Below are positions 60,163-64,000 of a DNA stretch of 64,000 bases, one piece after another. The number at the start of each line of letters is the position of its first letter. The first letter of the stretch is position 1. Origin of the DNA: Trueperaceae bacterium (lineage in GTDB: Bacteria > Deinococcota > Deinococci > Deinococcales > Trueperaceae); assembly GCA_965214405.1 (NCBI GenBank), contig OZ243956.1, forward strand, positions 2,560,001 through 2,624,000, in the 5' to 3' direction. The notes beneath the pieces were generated by a model, which saw only the letters and a list, made by a program, of their open reading frames with translations, was not told where the DNA came from and made no database searches. The translations under genes were made by a program, and so were the position numbers.

Positions 60163-62007
60163 TTAAAGTGCCGCCTGCACTTCCCCTTCTCTAAACTGAC
60201 GCTCGTAAAGGCTGCGGTAGAGCCCACCCTGCGCCATCAAGGCTGCGTGAGCGCCTTGCTGCGTGATGCGGCCCCCGTCGAGGACGAGGATGCGGTCAGC
60301 GTTTCGCACTGTAGAGAGTCTATGCGCGATGACAAAGGTCGTGCGGCCCTGCATGAGCACGTCCAGCGCCTCCTGCACCAGCGCCTCAGATTCAGAGTCG
60401 AGCGAGGAGGTGGCTTCGTCAAGGATGAGGATGCGCGGGTCTTTGAGGAGTGCGCGCGCAATTGCCACGCGCTGCCGCTGTCCGCCCGAAAGCTTGACGC
60501 CGCGCTCGCCGACGACGGTCTCGTAACCTTCAGGGAAAGAGACAATAAACTCATGCGCGTTCGCGGCCTCCGCCGCCGCTTGTACCTCGTCGTCGGTGGC
60601 CTCGGGGCGACCGTAGCGAATGTTCTCACGCACCGTTCCCGAAAAAAGCTGCGTCTCCTGGGGCACGATGCCGATGTGGGCGCGCAGCTCGAGCAGTCCC
60701 AAATCGCGCAAATCTACCCCGTCCAACAAAATACGCCCTTCACTCGGGTCATAAAAACGCGGGATAAGACTAACCAACGTCGATTTGCCCGCGCCGCTCG
60801 GGCCGACGAGCGCGACCACCTCGCCGGGGCGCGCCTCGAGCCCCACGTCTTGCAGCACCCAGTCTTCGCCGCGGTCACCGTAGCGAAAGCTCACCCCCTC
60901 AAACTGCACCCGACCTCGGACGCTTTGGAGTTTGGCGGGCGCGTTCTTTTCTTCTAAATCGCTCCGCTCGTCCAGAAGCTCGAAGATGCGCCTCGAGGCC
61001 CCGAACGACTCCTGAAGCTGGCTGTAGAGCGAGGTAAAGTTGCCAATCGAGCCTGCGACGGTGACAGTCAGAAACAAAAACGCGAGCAGGTTGCCCGGCG
61101 GCAGCGTGCCCGACAAGACCAAACGCGAGCCGTACCACAGCACGATGCCGATGCCGATAAACATCGCCATGATGATCGACGGCACGAAAAGTGCCCGGAT
61201 GCGCGCGCGCCGGACCGCGGTGGTGTAGGAGCGGTCGATGCCGCGAGCGTAGCGGCGGGACTCGAGCCCCTCCGCCGTAAACGACTTCACCACCCGCACC
61301 CCCGTCAGCGCCTCCTCAGCCGAAGAGTTGGCGTCGGCGAGCGCGTCCTGAAAATCGCGCGAGATGCCGCGCAGCTTGCGCCCAAAATACGCCCCCGCGA
61401 GCACCACCGCCGGGATGATGGCGAGCATCACCAGCGACAAGCGCCAGTCGAGCACGAACAAGATGGCGATGCCGCCCACAAGCGTCACGCTCTGGTTGAT
61501 GAGCTGCGCCAGCGAGCCCGACACCACGCCCTGCAAGGTGGTCACGTCGGAGGTGAGGCGTGAGGTGATTTCGCCGACCTTGCGCGATTCGAAAAAGCGC
61601 ACCGAGAGCGTCATGAGGCGCTCAAAGACCGCCTTGCGCAGATCGGCCACCACGCCCTCGCCGACCAAGCCGAGGTTGTAAACGCGCAAAAAGTTGAAAA
61701 ACGCCTGCCCGACAAAGACCGCGATGAGGAGCCCGCCGACCAAGTTGAGTTCGCCCCGTGTCGCCGGACCGGCGCTTGGATTCCCAGCCCCGCGCAGCGC
61801 CCCCAGCCCGCCCCCAAAGGCGACGTTAAAAAGCCGCGCGACGAGGAGGGGGAAAAGCAAGAAAAAGCCGCCCGCGACAAAGGTGGCGATGATGCCGATG
61901 ATGAGGCTCGAGCGGTAGGGGCGGGTAAAGCCGTAGAGGCGGCGAAGCTGCTTCCAATCGAAAGTGGCGCGGTCTTCTCCGGCGGGGCGAGCGGCGCGGC
62001 GGAACAT
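60163..62007 (-). CDS. ABC exporter, fused permease/ATPase (MsbA-like)
   Basis: TM domain, GPSGAGKST, LSGGQRQR, LDEATSSLD. Confidence 0.95.
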   Translation of the reverse strand: MFRRAARPAGEDRATFDWKQLRRLYGFTRPYRSSLIIGIIATFVAGGFFLLFPLLVARLFNVAFGGGLGALRGAGNPSAGPATRGELNLVGGLLIAVFVGQAFFNFLRVYNLGLVGEGVVADLRKAVFERLMTLSVRFFESRKVGEITSRLTSDVTTLQGVVSGSLAQLINQSVTLVGGIAILFVLDWRLSLVMLAIIPAVVLAGAYFGRKLRGISRDFQDALADANSSAEEALTGVRVVKSFTAEGLESRRYARGIDRSYTTAVRRARIRALFVPSIIMAMFIGIGIVLWYGSRLVLSGTLPPGNLLAFLFLTVTVAGSIGNFTSLYSQLQESFGASRRIFELLDERSDLEEKNAPAKLQSVRGRVQFEGVSFRYGDRGEDWVLQDVGLEARPGEVVALVGPSGAGKSTLVSLIPRFYDPSEGRILLDGVDLRDLGLLELRAHIGIVPQETQLFSGTVRENIRYGRPEATDDEVQAAAEAANAHEFIVSFPEGYETVVGERGVKLSGGQRQRVAIARALLKDPRILILDEATSSLDSESEALVQEALDVLMQGRTTFVIAHRLSTVRNADRILVLDGGRITQQGAHAALMAQGGLYRSLYERQFREGEVQAAL

Positions 62008-62175
62008 GTTCCTAGTTTACTCTTTACTACGCGAAATCCTTGTCCTTTGTTGCGACAAAGTGTGGTGACGAAATGTGCTGTGACGGGACACTTGGCGGCA
62101 CGCTTCAACCTGCGGCCCGGACCGCGGTGAATTAGCGGTAGACTGGAGGTAAAGACCCTCTTGAGGAGGAGCACG

Positions 62176-64000
62176 ATGGAAAAACCCCTCTGGACCCCGT
62201 CGCCCGAACGTGTAGAGCGGGCGTCTATAACCGACTTTCGCCGCCTGGTGGAACAAAAAATCGACCAATCGTTACCCGATTACGCCGCGCTCCACGCCTG
62301 GTCCGCCGCGCAGCCCGCCGACTTCTGGGAGCTTTACGCCGAGTACAGCGGGATTCACTTCGAGACGCCGCCCGAAAAGATTATGAGCGACGACCCCATG
62401 CCCCACACGAAGTGGTTCGAGGGGGCGACGCTCAATTATGCTCAGGCGCTTCTTCAGCCTCCTACGCTTGCCGACGACAACGCTGCTAATGTTACTGCCG
62501 TCATCGCTGTGGACGAAACCGGGCGGGAGCGCTCGCTCTCTTATGCGGAGTTGCGGCTCGAGGTCGCCCGCTGCGCTAGCGCCCTCACGCGCTCGGGCGT
62601 GGGTCAGGGCGATAAGGTCGCGGCCTACGTGTGCAACGTGCCTGAAGCCGTCATCCTCCTCCTGGCCTGCGCGTCGGTGGGCGCGGTGTTCTCGTCTTGC
62701 TCGCCCGACTTTGGCTTTGACGCGGCCTTGGCGCGGTTCGGGCAGCTCGAGCCCAAGCTCCTTTTTGCTTCAGATGGCTACGCCTATAACGGCCAAGCCT
62801 TTCAAACCCTTCCGACGGTCGCGCGTTTGGCGGAGGCGATGGGTGAACTCTCCGGCGTCGTCCTCATCCCCTACCGCGACCTGCCCGAGAGCGAGACCTA
62901 TCCGGGCTGGCGCGGCTGGCTGGACGACGCGCCCGCTTCTCTTTTAACCTTTACGCCGCTACCCTTTGACCACCCGCTCTACGTCCTCTACTCCTCCGGC
63001 ACCACGGGCCTGCCCAAGGCGATGGTCCACCGCGCGGGCGGGGCGCTGCTCACGCACCACAAGGAGCACCGGCTGCATAGCGACGTCCGGCCCGGCGACG
63101 TGGTCTTTTACTTCAGCACCTGCGGCTGGATGATGTGGAACTGGCTCGTCTCGGTGCTCGCGCAGGGGGCGACGATTGTGCTTTACGAGGGTTCGCCCGC
63201 GCACCCCGATATGGGCGCGCTCTGGCGGCTCGCGGCGCGGCTCCATGTCACGCACTTCGGGACCAGCGCACGGTTTATCCACGGCTGCAAGGCGGTGGGG
63301 GTGCAAGTCCCCGAACTCCCCAGCCTCCGCACCGTCATGTCCACCGGCTCGCCGCTCTCGCCCGCGGGCTTTCGGTGGGTCTATGAGGCGGTCAAAGAGG
63401 ATGTGCATCTGGCGAGCATTTCGGGAGGCACGGACGTCGTGAGCTGCTTTATGCTGGGCGTGCCCACGCTGCCCGTGTACGCGGGGCAGATTCAGGGCCC
63501 CGGCTTGGGTGTAGATTTGGCTGCTTATGACGAAGCGGGAGAGCCCGTCCACGGTAAGCCTGGCGAACTCGTTTGTCGTAAACCCTTGCCTTCAATGCCA
63601 CTCAGGTTTCTCAATGACCCTGACTTTGAACGTTATCAAACCGCCTACTTGACCGCCTACCCTGGCGTCTGGCACCACGGCGACCTCATCGAGATGACGG
63701 ACGAGGGCGGCGTCATCGTCTATGGCCGCTCGGACGCGACGCTCAACCCCGGCGGCGTGCGCATCGGCACGGCGGAGATTTACAGGCCCCTCGAGCCCCT
63801 CCCCGACATCCTAGAAGCCCTGGCGGTGGGCAAAAAATCTGATGGTGACGAGGTCATCTGGCTCTTTGTCGTGTTGCAGGAGGGCGTGACGTTGGATGAC
63901 GCGCTCGAGAAACGCATCCGTACGCTCATCCGTGAGGGCTCGAGCCCGCGGCACGTGCCCAAAAGGATTTTCAGCGTGAGCCAACTTCCCCGGACGCGGA
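62176..64000 (+). CDS. Acetoacetate--CoA ligase (runs off the window)
   Basis: Hand translation MEKPLWTPSPERVERA...; YSSGTTGLPK, GWMMWNWL, SGGTD, GRSDATLNPGGVRIGTAEIY. GAGGAGG RBS. Confidence 0.92.
   Translation, partial: MEKPLWTPSPERVERASITDFRRLVEQKIDQSLPDYAALHAWSAAQPADFWELYAEYSGIHFETPPEKIMSDDPMPHTKWFEGATLNYAQALLQPPTLADDNAANVTAVIAVDETGRERSLSYAELRLEVARCASALTRSGVGQGDKVAAYVCNVPEAVILLLACASVGAVFSSCSPDFGFDAALARFGQLEPKLLFASDGYAYNGQAFQTLPTVARLAEAMGELSGVVLIPYRDLPESETYPGWRGWLDDAPASLLTFTPLPFDHPLYVLYSSGTTGLPKAMVHRAGGALLTHHKEHRLHSDVRPGDVVFYFSTCGWMMWNWLVSVLAQGATIVLYEGSPAHPDMGALWRLAARLHVTHFGTSARFIHGCKAVGVQVPELPSLRTVMSTGSPLSPAGFRWVYEAVKEDVHLASISGGTDVVSCFMLGVPTLPVYAGQIQGPGLGVDLAAYDEAGEPVHGKPGELVCRKPLPSMPLRFLNDPDFERYQTAYLTAYPGVWHHGDLIEMTDEGGVIVYGRSDATLNPGGVRIGTAEIYRPLEPLPDILEALAVGKKSDGDEVIWLFVVLQEGVTLDDALEKRIRTLIREGSSPRHVPKRIFSVSQLPRTR

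Overview
This window holds the chromosomal replication origin of a GC-rich bacterium, almost certainly Deinococcota and probably Trueperaceae-like. The evidence is a two-OB-fold SSB, the dnaA-dnaN-eno-pyk order and pervasive leaderless TAnnnT promoters. From left to right: mdh (partial), parB-parA-rsmG-mnmG with two perfect parS sites, dnaA, a 12-box oriC, dnaN-eno-pyk, and a convergent rpsF-ssb-rpsR-rplI operon. Next come an XRE/S24 repressor with a Cys in place of the catalytic Ser and a ~20 kb minus-strand heme/catalase region (hemA,C,D,B + two-component system; hemE,F; katA+ankyrin; an animal-like [2Fe-2S]-motif hemH; hemY), interleaved with VapBC modules and three Uma2 genes. The right part has assorted metabolic and transport genes, several decayed TA and Dps genes, a hotspot with an IS4-type element, an IS5-type element and a 266-bp MITE around a broken AT-richer gene, and a partial acetoacetate-CoA ligase. 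Across the window CTCGAG is strongly over-represented but absent from the mobile elements. I saw no rRNA, tRNA or CRISPR array. All product calls come from motif recognition by eye, not database searches.
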